The notes under the pieces were generated by a model. That model was not told the DNA's origin. It did not search any database and worked only from the letters and a program-made list of their open reading frames with translations. Both the position numbers and the translations under genes were made by a program. A stretch of 63,888 nucleotides of DNA, the filler included, from Acidimicrobiia bacterium (GTDB lineage Bacteria > Actinomycetota > Acidimicrobiia > Spongiisociales > CAZKJJ01): the NCBI GenBank assembly GCA_046759765.1. It is 4 parts of 4 records of this genome, joined end to end, with 100 filler letters (N's around TTAATTAATTAA, not from the genome) between each part and the next. Parts side by side here need not be neighbours in the genome. Positions count along the whole stretch, not along the records: positions 39,135 to 57,590 come from JBHICV010000035.1; positions 57,691 to 63,888 come from JBHICV010000139.1; 2 more parts are not named here. One strand, given 5' to 3'. Of this stretch, positions 49,101 to 58,379 are shown one piece after another. Every line of letters starts with the position of its first letter. The stretch's first letter is position 1.

Positions 49101-49678
49101 GACCAATCTCCGAGAACCGTTCGCAGGCGGATGACGGCATCCCGCATCCGCGTCTTGATCGTGCCGAGCGGCGTGTCGAGCAGTTCGGCAATCTCCCTGT
49201 AGGTCCTGCCTCCGAAGTAAGCCAGCTCGATGGCTTCGCGCTGCAGATTCGTGAGGCTTGTCAGGGCCTCCCGAACGCGATCGCGCTCCAATCCCTCAAC
49301 GACTCTGTCCGCAACGATGTCGGCGGCCGGGCCAGGGTTGACTCCCACTCGTTCCTCTCGGGAGCGGGCTGCTCCCTCGCTCCGAACGCGGTCGACCGCG
49401 CGCCTATGGGCGATCGTCATGATCCAAGTCATGGCGTGTCCGCGCGCCGGCTTGAAGCGATCCGCGTGCCGCCAAACTTCGATGAGGACCTCTTGGGAGA
49501 CCTCCTCCGCCTGCGCTCTATTTCTCAATACCCTGAGAACTAGCCCAAAGACCTTCCCAGCGACGCGGTCGTAGAGCTGCTCGAATGAGTCGCGATCTCC
49601 CCACGCCACACGCAAGAGCAGCCCGTCCAGGTCTGGCGGACTGTCGGCGGGGGCTCCTTCGTGGCCGCCTGGATCCAC
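49097..49678 (-). CDS. sigK: ECF sigma factor SigK
   Basis: LYD, AEEVSQE, AHRRAVDRVRS and LAYFGG.TY...LGTIKTRMRD; coupled to rskA; start GTG 49678 inferred. Confidence 0.92.
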   Translation of the reverse strand: MDPGGHEGAPADSPPDLDGLLLRVAWGDRDSFEQLYDRVAGKVFGLVLRVLRNRAQAEEVSQEVLIEVWRHADRFKPARGHAMTWIMTIAHRRAVDRVRSEGAARSREERVGVNPGPAADIVADRVVEGLERDRVREALTSLTNLQREAIELAYFGGRTYREIAELLDTPLGTIKTRMRDAVIRLRTVLGDWS

Positions 49679-49802
49679 GGCAGTCGAGCCTACCGGCCTC
49701 TGCCAGACCCACTTGAGCGAAACATTGGCAGTCACGTCGAAGGGGATTCGACGCGGGCCCCTTCCGAGATTGGGCTGCCGCCGGTATCTAAGCTCTCGCC
49801 CT

Positions 49803-50537
49803 ATGGAGCTCTACGCTCGAATCAACATCCTCGACCGACGGGCAGTGCGATTGCCTCGCGGCGACATCAAGGATGCCGTGGCGCTCGACGCCGATCCAGT
49901 CAGTCGAGCCAGAGGATGGGTCGAGAAAGGCATCCATCGCTTGCACGTTGTCGATCTCGATGCCGCGGCTTACGGGGACTACGAGAACAGGCCCTTGATC
50001 TTCGAAATCATCGAGGCGGTTTCGGCTGACGTCCAGGTCGCCGGTGGCATCCGCTCCCCAGGTGAAGCAGAACGGCTCTTAGGCAGCGGCGCGTGGCGAA
50101 TCGTCATGGGCACTGCCGCGATCGAAGACCAGAATCTGGTGTGGGACCTCTGCCGCGAGTATCGCGGCCGAGTGGCGATCAGTCTCGACGTAAAACCCGA
50201 TGAGGAGTTGGTACTTCGGGGTTGGACCACCCACAGCGGGCGATATCTGGAGGAGGTACTAATCGAGATGTCGTCTGCAGGAGCGGTGGCGTTTCTTGTT
50301 GCCGAAGCCGGACGCGACGCGCTCGTGGACCAGACCAACATCGGGATCTTGCGCAGAGCGATGGCGGCCGTCGACGAGCCCGTGATCGCCGCCGGCGGTG
50401 TACGCGACCTCAGGGATCTGGAAAACCTGATCGCAATCGAGGAGGACGGGAAGCGGCTCGGAGGGGTGATTGTCGGCCGTGAGGTCACGGAAGGCCGCAT
50501 CACGGTCGACGACGCGGCCAAACTGCTCGGCGACTAA
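49803..50537 (+). CDS. HisA/PriA-like TIM-barrel protein (divergent paralogue)
   Basis: HVVDLDAA, QVAGGIR, GTAA and IAAGGV motifs; catalytic Asp8 position is Asn. Confidence 0.85.
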   Translation: MELYARINILDRRAVRLPRGDIKDAVALDADPVSRARGWVEKGIHRLHVVDLDAAAYGDYENRPLIFEIIEAVSADVQVAGGIRSPGEAERLLGSGAWRIVMGTAAIEDQNLVWDLCREYRGRVAISLDVKPDEELVLRGWTTHSGRYLEEVLIEMSSAGAVAFLVAEAGRDALVDQTNIGILRRAMAAVDEPVIAAGGVRDLRDLENLIAIEEDGKRLGGVIVGREVTEGRITVDDAAKLLGD

Positions 50538-50581
50538 AGGCCCAAGCAGATAGCAGGCTTGGGCAAGCTTCGAGCGGAGTC

Positions 50582-51424
50582 GTGGGGGACGAAATGCCCA
50601 GGGCGACGGTCCAGTCCTATTACGGGAGTAGGGAATCTCGCTGGGGTTATTCGCGCCTGCTGAAGGGACGACGGCATTTCGGCTTCTATCCAGCTGGTGA
50701 GTCCGTTTCGGTCTTGGAAGCCCAGCTGCTCATGGAGGACGTGCTGGGGAGTCGGCTGGCCCTTCCGGCTGGTTCGGAAGTACTGGATGCTGGATGCGGA
50801 CAAGGCCTGGTGGCTATTCGCCTGGCCGACCGGTTTGGCTATCGGATTGTTGGGGTGGACCTTCTGGCAACGCTGATTGACGATGCCCGCGCCAACGCCG
50901 CCGAGCATCGGCTGGCCCGACAGATGAGATTCATCACCGCCGATTACGCCGACCTACCGCTGGCGTCGCAGTCTCTAGACGGCGTCTACACGATGGAGTC
51001 GCTCGTCCATGCCGGGGATTACCGAGCCGCTCTCGACGAGTTCAGGCGGGTGCTGAGACCGGGTGGTCGGCTGGTTCTGGCCGAATACACCATGCCCGCC
51101 TGGGACGATATGTCCCCCAAGGAGGCGAGGGTGGGCAGGCAGATCGTGGACGGTGCTGCTCTCAGCAGTCTGCCGTCGTTCCGAACCGGATCTATGGACT
51201 CGATCCTCCGCGACAGGGGGTTCGTTGACGTCTCGGTTGAGGATGTCAGCGAGGCGATAACACCCATGCTTCGCTGGCTTGCCCGCATCGGCGCCGTCCC
51301 CTATCTGTTCGCTCGAGTGTTCGGCTTCCAGCGGAAGGCCGTCAATGCCATGGCCGGGGTCGAGATCTACCGGAACCGCCATCTATGGCGGTACGTCATC
51401 GTGGCAGCGCGCCGTCCTTCCTAA
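50582..51424 (+). CDS. Class I SAM methyltransferase (sterol/tocopherol-MT-like)
   Basis: HFGFY, VLDAGCGQG, ESLVH and LRPGG motifs. Confidence 0.9.
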   Translation: MGDEMPRATVQSYYGSRESRWGYSRLLKGRRHFGFYPAGESVSVLEAQLLMEDVLGSRLALPAGSEVLDAGCGQGLVAIRLADRFGYRIVGVDLLATLIDDARANAAEHRLARQMRFITADYADLPLASQSLDGVYTMESLVHAGDYRAALDEFRRVLRPGGRLVLAEYTMPAWDDMSPKEARVGRQIVDGAALSSLPSFRTGSMDSILRDRGFVDVSVEDVSEAITPMLRWLARIGAVPYLFARVFGFQRKAVNAMAGVEIYRNRHLWRYVIVAARRPS

Positions 51425-51553
51425 ACGCACTGGGGACAGGGACCAAGGTGATGGCGGTGTTCATTGAAGGTTTCTGGCCTGTTTCGTAGGCGTTTATTTC
51501 CGGCTGCGAGGGTAAGTCGCGGCTGAACCGGGCGGTCCGGGGAGCCGGGAGGA

Positions 51554-51958
51554 GTGGAAATGAAGAGGCTGGTAGTGCTGATTTTTGCGATGGCGGTCGT
51601 GGGAGCGCTCGCCGCGCCGGCATATGCGCAGCCAGGGTTCGTGTTTCCCGGCGGCTGCTGTTTTTACGAGGGCGAGATGGTACGCACCGTTGTTCCTCCG
51701 GCGTCCAACCCACAGGAAGGCCGGGACAATTTCTATGGATTCGATATGACAGCGCACGAGGACCAAAAGGGTGTGGTGGCGGTCGCGCCCGGTGACACCG
51801 ATTACCACGGGGGTCATTGGGCTTTCCACCTTGTGACTTGGAACGTGGCCCCATCGGTACTGAGGTCTGAAGCTGAGGTGCTTGCCGCCGAGCTGGCGGG
51901 GGAGGTGAACGTTGTTAGGGATGCGAGCAAGGATTTCAAGTGCCCAATCCAGCCATAG
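51554..51958 (+). CDS. Small secreted protein of unknown function
   Basis: GGAGGAG RBS, AYA signal peptide, PGDTDY.GG.W and CP motifs. Confidence 0.75.
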   Translation: MEMKRLVVLIFAMAVVGALAAPAYAQPGFVFPGGCCFYEGEMVRTVVPPASNPQEGRDNFYGFDMTAHEDQKGVVAVAPGDTDYHGGHWAFHLVTWNVAPSVLRSEAEVLAAELAGEVNVVRDASKDFKCPIQP

Positions 51959-51985
51959 CGCGTTGCTTGGTCTTCGGCTAAACCC

Positions 51986-53404
51986 TTACCCGCTGTCGGG
52001 AATCGGTAGGTCAAGGGCCGGATTTCGATCGAAGAAGTCGAACGGCCGCAGCTCGAACTGATTCCAGATCGTGGGCGTAACGGGCCAGTCTTCTGCCCGC
52101 GGCGCGTGGTGAAACCCGAGTGTGTACCAGAGCACCACGTCGGTGTTCTCGATTGGTCGGTCCGCGCTCGTCCACGTCGGTAGCCCGTTTCCTCCCTTGC
52201 TCTGGTTGGGATACGTGCCTGCCGCATAGAGCTCGTCCGGCTCGTACGGAGTCACCCATAGGTGGTAGTCGGTAAAGCCGGCGCGCTGCTGCGGGAAATC
52301 ATCCGGACTCAGCAGCGAAATCGCATTGGACCTGGGTTCCAGCTGATAGCTGACAGGGTTGCCAAGAGGGCCGACGACATTCGAATTGACGACCCGCCAG
52401 AGGGCGGGAGTCTGAATGTCGATCACCATTTGCGCGGCCTGCTCGGTGACAGCGGTCGTGGACTCGACGACCCACACACTCGTTCGGCCATCTTCTGACT
52501 CGACCTGTTCATTTTGCAGTTGTTCCGAAACGAAGCTGTTGCGCCGGCCGTCGATATCGAGGTCGAGGCGGAACGAGAAGAAGTGGTCATGGTTGGTTGC
52601 CACGGTGTTTTCCGCCACCAGATGGCCGTACGCCGTGTCAAGATCGGTCGGGTCGCTGACAGCCTTGACCTGTGGAACGCCGGTAGCTCCCACGTCAATA
52701 CTGATGGTCCCGTCCTGACGGAACACCCAATCGAAGATGTAGTCGTAATTGCCGATGGCAGAGACGCTTCGGAGCACGAGATCAGTCCTCGGGCGGACGT
52801 TGTCCTGCCCGGTCACTGCTTCGTAGTGCCGCCAGGCGATGTTCCCGGCGTAACGCTCGAATAGACAGACCGCGTTCTCCTGCGCGTATGGAGCGCCCGT
52901 ATCGTCAGCGAAGCTCGCATCGAAGAACACCGCGTTGGTAGGGCAGTCCAAACCTGGTTGCAGGACCACGGCCAGCCGGCCCACACCGTTCTCACCCGCG
53001 TCCAGGTAGGTCCGGAAGAACCACCCGACGTCGGGATCCATGTACGGGATGAAGATCTCGGACAGAGAGCCCTGGTAGAGGATGGAGCGCGTATCGCCAC
53101 TGTCGTTGTATGTGACTAACGAGACAATGAGACCGAGTCGGGGATCCAAGCGGTAATGGAACTGCCATCCCTGCCACCTGACCTCATGGTCATCCACCAC
53201 GAAGCTGGGTCCTCCGGGCTGCGTGAATGAAATCGAGTTGGGCCCCTCTCGTAACTCGCCCACCGAGGCCTCGTCGAGATCGACCGGTGCATCTGGGATC
53301 GGGACCGGCCCCGTGTCGATGAGACTGACGAGCTCGCGCTGCTCCAGGTCCACCAGCGCGATTAGGCCCTCGATGGGGCGACCCCAATAGTTCGAAGCGC
53401 CCAA
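51986..53404 (-). CDS. tynA: Copper amine oxidase, catalytic domain only (5'-truncated; possible pseudogene)
   Basis: NYDY TPQ site, YLDAGE catalytic base, HDH and H..R.EDWP Cu ligands; N-terminal domains absent. Confidence 0.85.
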   Translation of the reverse strand: MGASNYWGRPIEGLIALVDLEQRELVSLIDTGPVPIPDAPVDLDEASVGELREGPNSISFTQPGGPSFVVDDHEVRWQGWQFHYRLDPRLGLIVSLVTYNDSGDTRSILYQGSLSEIFIPYMDPDVGWFFRTYLDAGENGVGRLAVVLQPGLDCPTNAVFFDASFADDTGAPYAQENAVCLFERYAGNIAWRHYEAVTGQDNVRPRTDLVLRSVSAIGNYDYIFDWVFRQDGTISIDVGATGVPQVKAVSDPTDLDTAYGHLVAENTVATNHDHFFSFRLDLDIDGRRNSFVSEQLQNEQVESEDGRTSVWVVESTTAVTEQAAQMVIDIQTPALWRVVNSNVVGPLGNPVSYQLEPRSNAISLLSPDDFPQQRAGFTDYHLWVTPYEPDELYAAGTYPNQSKGGNGLPTWTSADRPIENTDVVLWYTLGFHHAPRAEDWPVTPTIWNQFELRPFDFFDRNPALDLPIPDSG

Positions 53405-53555
53405 CCTCTCAGTCCCCAGTAGTTAGCCGGTCTCGAGTCTGCTTGGTTCGCCAACAGGGAGGTGCTGAAGGCGCAGGGGTTTATCGCTCTCAGGTGCACC
53501 CCAACCGCTCCCTGCCTACTATCACGGCTGATCCACTCGCACAGCGGAGGTATAC

Positions 53556-54338
53556 ATGAAGAGTTGGAAGTCATTCGTTCCTTTGGTTCTCGCGCTGGCC
53601 ATCGTGGCCGCCGCCTGCGGCGAAGAGGAAGCGGCTCCCACCGGCCCGGCGCTCGTAACGCCGGGAACACTCACTGTTTGTACCGATGCCCCGTACCCGC
53701 CGATGGAGATCGAAGACCCCAGTGCTCCTGGGGGGTTCACCGGCTTCGACATCGAGCTGATGAGAGCGATCGCAACCGAGATGGGACTGGGCCTGGCGGT
53801 CATCAACAGCGGGTTCGACCCAATAACAAGTGGCTCGGCGTTCCTGGCGGGCGACTGCGATATCGCCGCGGCCTCGATCACGATCCGGGCCGACCGCGAG
53901 CAGGATATCGACTTCTCGGCCGGGTATTTCTTCGGGGACCAATCGTTCCTAGTGAAGTCAGATTCAGGCATCACGGCGCTTGACCAGACGAGCGGGCAGC
54001 GAATCGCGGTCCAGTCGGGCACGACCGGTGAGCTGTACGCACAGGCGAACGCTCCGTCGGACACGGAGATCGTTTCGTTCGAGAATCCGGGCGACCTCTT
54101 CCTGGCGCTGGAGGCGGGTGACGTTGTCGGGATTCTGCAGGACATCGTTGTCAACGGAGAGCGCCTGCTGACGGACCCGACCGTCACTCTGGCCGAGTTC
54201 TATCCGACCAACGAGTTCTACGGGTTTGCCGTTGCCAACGAAGGATCCGAGATCCTGTTAGCCCAGGTCAACGAGGCACTGTGGAAGCTACGGTTTGACG
54301 GCACGTACGACCAGATCTTCGCGGACTGGTTCGGATAA
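53556..54338 (+). CDS. Polar amino-acid ABC transporter substrate-binding lipoprotein
   Basis: AAAC lipobox, PYPP, GFDIEL, TI..DR and Q.GTT motifs. Confidence 0.93.
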   Translation: MKSWKSFVPLVLALAIVAAACGEEEAAPTGPALVTPGTLTVCTDAPYPPMEIEDPSAPGGFTGFDIELMRAIATEMGLGLAVINSGFDPITSGSAFLAGDCDIAAASITIRADREQDIDFSAGYFFGDQSFLVKSDSGITALDQTSGQRIAVQSGTTGELYAQANAPSDTEIVSFENPGDLFLALEAGDVVGILQDIVVNGERLLTDPTVTLAEFYPTNEFYGFAVANEGSEILLAQVNEALWKLRFDGTYDQIFADWFG

Positions 54339-54362
54339 CCGCTACCCACGCATAATCCGGAA

Positions 54363-54387
54363 AGGGGGACCCCACTAGGGTCCCCCT
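54363..54387 (+). other. Intercistronic stem-loop AGGGGGACCC-CACTA-GGGTCCCCCT (mRNA stabiliser or attenuator)
   Basis: Perfect 10-bp inverted repeat after the substrate-binding gene; no U-tract. Confidence 0.6.
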
Positions 54388-54415
54388 CGTCTATCCCCTC
54401 ACCAAGGAGCCCATC

Positions 54416-55201
54416 GTGAGGAGGCAAACTCGTCAGCGTCTGCTGCGCGGAGCCTTATACGCGGCCTTCATCGTTGCGGTCGTAGTGATCGCGGTCAGCG
54501 CCAATTGGGAAACGATCCAGAGGGCATTCCTCAACGGAGATGTAGCTAGCCGTATGTTCCCCGAAGTGCTGACTATCGCCGCTAAGAACACAATCCTCTA
54601 TACGGCCGGCGCGTTCACCTTCGGCCTGATTCTGGCCCTCGTCTTGGCGCTCATGAAAGGATCGTCGATCAAGCCTTACCGATGGTTCGCCAACGCATAT
54701 ATCGAGCTGTTCCGGGGACTGCCGGCTCTCGTCACCATCATCATCATCGCCTTCGCGCTTCCTATCGCACTCGGAATCTCGATCCCAGGAGGCACGCTGG
54801 TTCGTGGTTCGGTCGCGCTGGGAATCGTGGCGGCGGCATATATGGCCGAGACGATCCGGGCCGGAATCGAGGCCGTACCGCGTGGGCAAATGGAGGCGGC
54901 TCGCTCGTTGGGAATGAGTAGGGGCATGGCCATGGCGTTCATCGTCCTCCCCCAGGCGTTTCGGATCATCATCCCGCCTCTGACGAATGAATTGGTGTTG
55001 CTTCTCAAGGACACCTCGTTGTTGTTCGTCATCGGGACCACGCCTATCACCAAGGAGCTGACCAAGTTTGGACGCGACTTCATGTCCGACACTTTCAACG
55101 GCACACCCCTGACCGTGATCGCGCTGGTCTATCTGGCGATCACGCTTCCCCTGACGCGGGTGGTGGCACGACTCGAGAAGAGCGCTGCCAGGGCCCGATG
55201 A
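54416..55201 (+). CDS. Amino-acid ABC transporter permease
   Basis: [28 protein letters not shown] and KDTSL motifs. Confidence 0.95.
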   Translation: MRRQTRQRLLRGALYAAFIVAVVVIAVSANWETIQRAFLNGDVASRMFPEVLTIAAKNTILYTAGAFTFGLILALVLALMKGSSIKPYRWFANAYIELFRGLPALVTIIIIAFALPIALGISIPGGTLVRGSVALGIVAAAYMAETIRAGIEAVPRGQMEAARSLGMSRGMAMAFIVLPQAFRIIIPPLTNELVLLLKDTSLLFVIGTTPITKELTKFGRDFMSDTFNGTPLTVIALVYLAITLPLTRVVARLEKSAARAR

Positions 55202-55944
55202 CCCGAGAGCCGGTCCCGATCAAGGTCGTCGACCTCCACAAGAGCTTCGGTGAGCTCGAGGTGCTGCGCGGCATCGACTTCGAGCTGGACACCGGCGAGG
55301 TCGTTTGCGTACTCGGCCCCTCTGGATCGGGCAAGTCGACCCTGCTGCGCTGCATAAACCTCCTGGAAGAGCCGACGTCCGGAACCATCGTGATCGAGGG
55401 CATCGACATGACCGACCCGGAGACCGACGTTGACGCCGTCCGTACGCGGATCGGGATGGTCTTTCAGCAGTTCAACCTCTTCCCGCACATCCCGGTGCTG
55501 GGCAATCTGACGATTGCCCAAAAACGGGTCTTGAAGAGATCCGACCAGGAGGCCGACGCCGTGGCCCACCAGATGCTGGAACGAGTAGGGCTGCTGGACA
55601 AGATCGACGAATATCCCATCCGCCTTTCCGGGGGCCAGCAGCAGCGGGTCGCCATCGCCCGGTCCCTTTGCATGAACCCCGACATGATGTTGTTCGATGA
55701 GCCGACTAGTGCCCTCGATCCCGAGCTAATCGGGGAGGTCTTGGACGTGATGCTCAAGCTGGCCAAGGAAGGGATGACGATGGTCGTGGTCACTCACGAG
55801 GTCGGCTTTGCCCGCGCCGCGGCCGATCGGGTGGTCTTCATGGACGAGGGGCGGATAGTGGAGATGGCCTCTCCCGAAGAACTCTTTACCCACCCTCAGC
55901 AGGAGCGGACCAAGCGTTTCCTCAGCCAGGTGCTCGAGCACTGA
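55198..55944 (+). CDS. Amino-acid ABC transporter ATP-binding protein (GlnQ-like)
   Basis: [16 protein letters not shown] and [11 protein letters not shown] motifs. Confidence 0.96.
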   Translation: MTREPVPIKVVDLHKSFGELEVLRGIDFELDTGEVVCVLGPSGSGKSTLLRCINLLEEPTSGTIVIEGIDMTDPETDVDAVRTRIGMVFQQFNLFPHIPVLGNLTIAQKRVLKRSDQEADAVAHQMLERVGLLDKIDEYPIRLSGGQQQRVAIARSLCMNPDMMLFDEPTSALDPELIGEVLDVMLKLAKEGMTMVVVTHEVGFARAAADRVVFMDEGRIVEMASPEELFTHPQQERTKRFLSQVLEH

Positions 55945-55970
55945 GCCGGTCGAATCTCTGTTCTGGTCTC

Positions 55971-57182
55971 CTAGCCGGCGCCCTTAATCAGCTCGCCGCG
56001 TTTCCATATGTGAGTGACGTGTTCGGGGCCCGAGAGCGACAAGATGTCCTCGAGAGGGTTGGCGTCTAGCCCCAGCACGTCGGCGTCGTAGCCCTCCGCT
56101 AGGAGGCCCGACTGGGGAGCTTGCGGGCCGAGTGTCAGGGGCCCGTTGGCGGTGGCTGACTCGATAGCGGCCAGGGGAGTCATCCCCGCCTTGACAAGCA
56201 GCGAGAGTTCCTGGCCGTTGCGGCCCCAGAGCTCGCCGGTCGTGAAAATGTCCGTGCCCACAGCAATGCGGACGCCTTCGGAGATGGCGATCTGGACTGC
56301 CTGCCAGTGCTGATCCGAGATCATGACAGCCTTCTCGTACGCGTAGCGCGGAAGCTGATCCTTTAAAGCGAGCAGCTGCTCGACGATGAAGCGGGTCGGG
56401 ACCAGCACCGCGCCCTTCTCGATCATCAGCTGAGCGGCCTCCCGGTCCAGGTACGTACCGTGCTCGATGGTGCGAGCACCGGCTTCGAGCGCCGCCATGA
56501 TGCCGGGCTTCCCGTGACAGTGAGCGGCGACGATCCGGTCTGCCCGAGCCGCTTCCTCGACGATCGCCCGCAGCTCTTCCTCCGAGAACTGCTGGTGAAT
56601 GGGATGGTCGACCTCGGACATGACTCCGCCTGACGCGCAGACCTTGATGAGGAGCGCCCCGCGCCGTAGCTGCTTTCTGACCGCCTTGAGGCACTCCGGC
56701 ACTCCGTCGCAGAGCTCGAAGAGGGGGGTGTGCTCGATCGCTGCGAGTGGGAAGGCGTGAATGTCGCCGTGGCCTCCGGTCTGGCTCAGCGCACCGGCGG
56801 CGCTGTAGATGTGAGGCCCGACGGTAGTTCCTTCGTTGATGGCCCTTGCCAGATAGAACCCGAAGCCGCCTGGTTCTCTGATACTGGTGAACCCCGCCAT
56901 GAGGGCTCGGTTGGCGTCCGTGAGGCCGCGCAGGGCAGCCATCGCTTCGGGAACTGCGAAAGACTGCTCGATGTCTGGTCGGGTCAGGCCGGCGAAGTGA
57001 CCGTGGCAGTCCCACATGCCGGGCATGACCGCCTCTGTTACCACCTCGGTCGCCCCGGGAGCGGCGGGCGCTCCCTCAGCCTTTCCGGCATAAACAATGA
57101 CGCCCCTCTCGATGACCAAACAGCCGTCTGAGATCGGGTCGCCCCGGCCCGGAATGAGAATGCCCGCGTTGATTCGATACAT
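55971..57182 (-). CDS. Metal-dependent amidohydrolase (prolidase-like family)
   Basis: PG.WDCHGH, GGHGD, IKVCASGG, AHCHG, IEHG and GTD motifs. Confidence 0.93.
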   Translation of the reverse strand: MYRINAGILIPGRGDPISDGCLVIERGVIVYAGKAEGAPAAPGATEVVTEAVMPGMWDCHGHFAGLTRPDIEQSFAVPEAMAALRGLTDANRALMAGFTSIREPGGFGFYLARAINEGTTVGPHIYSAAGALSQTGGHGDIHAFPLAAIEHTPLFELCDGVPECLKAVRKQLRRGALLIKVCASGGVMSEVDHPIHQQFSEEELRAIVEEAARADRIVAAHCHGKPGIMAALEAGARTIEHGTYLDREAAQLMIEKGAVLVPTRFIVEQLLALKDQLPRYAYEKAVMISDQHWQAVQIAISEGVRIAVGTDIFTTGELWGRNGQELSLLVKAGMTPLAAIESATANGPLTLGPQAPQSGLLAEGYDADVLGLDANPLEDILSLSGPEHVTHIWKRGELIKGAG

Positions 57183-57283
57183 GCCCAGGAAATTAGTGCG
57201 CAGTCGGACTAGTCACCACGGCGCCGCATGAATGACACGCAAGAAAATCGCCTTGGATGCCGATGGTTCCTTGGTAACGCAAC

Positions 57284-57463
57284 ATGTTTTACTTCGCCCT
57301 CGCTAGCGAGCCGGAGTCGGACGAGCCACAGCTCTGTTCGATCTGCGGAAAGGATGCCAGCATCCGCGACGGAGAGCGGCTGCTCTGCTCTACCTGCGCG
57401 CTGAGAGAGGTCACTCCTTCTCCGGACGACTCACCTGCCGAGCAAAGCCTCCAGCCGTCGTAG
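57284..57463 (+). CDS. 59-aa C4 zinc-finger microprotein (not in ORF track)
   Basis: MFYFALASEPESDEPQLCSICGKDASIRDGERLLCSTCALRE...; CxxC-x13-CxxC. Confidence 0.55.
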   Translation: MFYFALASEPESDEPQLCSICGKDASIRDGERLLCSTCALREVTPSPDDSPAEQSLQPS

Positions 57464-57590
57464 TAACTCGGCCTGAGCCGGGTTCAGCTTGCGCCCTGCG
57501 ACCTCAATGGGGAACCACTCGAAGCGGTCGATCTCCGCAAATGATCGAACGGTGCCGGAGCTCGGCGGCCACTCCCGGTCGAAGGTGTTG
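57431..57590 (-). CDS. NUDIX-domain protein, C-terminal fragment cut by the gap
   Basis: NTFDREWPPSSGTVRSFAEIDRFEWF resembles the EWPP.SG...FPEIDR..WF NUDIX subfamily. Confidence 0.75.
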
Positions 57591-57690
57591 NNNNNNNNNN
57601 NNNNNNNNNNNNNNNNNNNNNNNNNNNNNNNNNNTTAATTAATTAANNNNNNNNNNNNNNNNNNNNNNNNNNNNNNNNNNNNNNNNNNNN
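57591..57690. other. Artificial contig spacer
   Basis: N-run with TTAATTAATTAA. Confidence 0.98.
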
Positions 57691-58037
57691 ACCTCTTCGA
57701 CTGTGTGTGGCCCACGCGGCTGGCACGCCACGGGAAGGTGCTGACCGCGTTCGGCGACTACTCGATCAGGAACGCCGAGCACGCCGATTCGACAAAACCG
57801 CTGGAAGAGGGGTGCTCGTGCACCGTTTGTGCCACCTATGGCAGGGGATATCTACGGCACCTGGTGATGACCCAAGAGCCTTCCTACCTCCGCCTTCTCA
57901 CGATCCACAATCTCACGTATACCTTGGGTCTGCTGCGCGACGTGCGTCGGTCCATAACCGACGGCGAATTCAGGGGATTTCAGTCCGCAACAGTGCAGCG
58001 GAGAACGTCTCGCAAGGACGCACAAGGGCTACCATGA
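57691..58037 (+). CDS. tgt: Queuine tRNA-ribosyltransferase, C-terminal part
   Basis: FDCVWPTR.ARHG, CSC..C, YLRHL, HNL; upstream of yajC. Confidence 0.95.
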
Positions 58038-58076
58038 GGCGAGCCCGCGTCGGCGGGCTGTTCTCTGGAGGATTCT

Positions 58077-58379
58077 GTGGAACTCCTTGCACAAGCATCG
58101 GAGGGAGGCGGCTCGTCTCTGGGTTTTATATTCCCGCTGCTTCTCTTCGTTGGCTTTCTCTATTTCATAATGATCCGCCCTCAGCGGCAGCGTGCGAAGA
58201 GGCAGTCTGAGCTGGACGAGTCGCTAGAGGTCGGTGATCAGGTGCAGACGTTTAGTGGCCTCTACGGGGTGGTGATTTCCCTTTCTGAGGACGCGGTCGT
58301 GCTGGGAGTCGAGGAGGGGCGTGTTCGGGTGGCAAGGCGGGCGATTGCCCGCCGGATAACCCCTGACGAGACCGAATGA
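58077..58379 (+). CDS. yajC: Preprotein translocase subunit YajC
   Basis: TM helix, then IRPQ and GD.V.T..GLYG. Confidence 0.95.
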   Translation: MELLAQASEGGGSSLGFIFPLLLFVGFLYFIMIRPQRQRAKRQSELDESLEVGDQVQTFSGLYGVVISLSEDAVVLGVEEGRVRVARRAIARRITPDETE

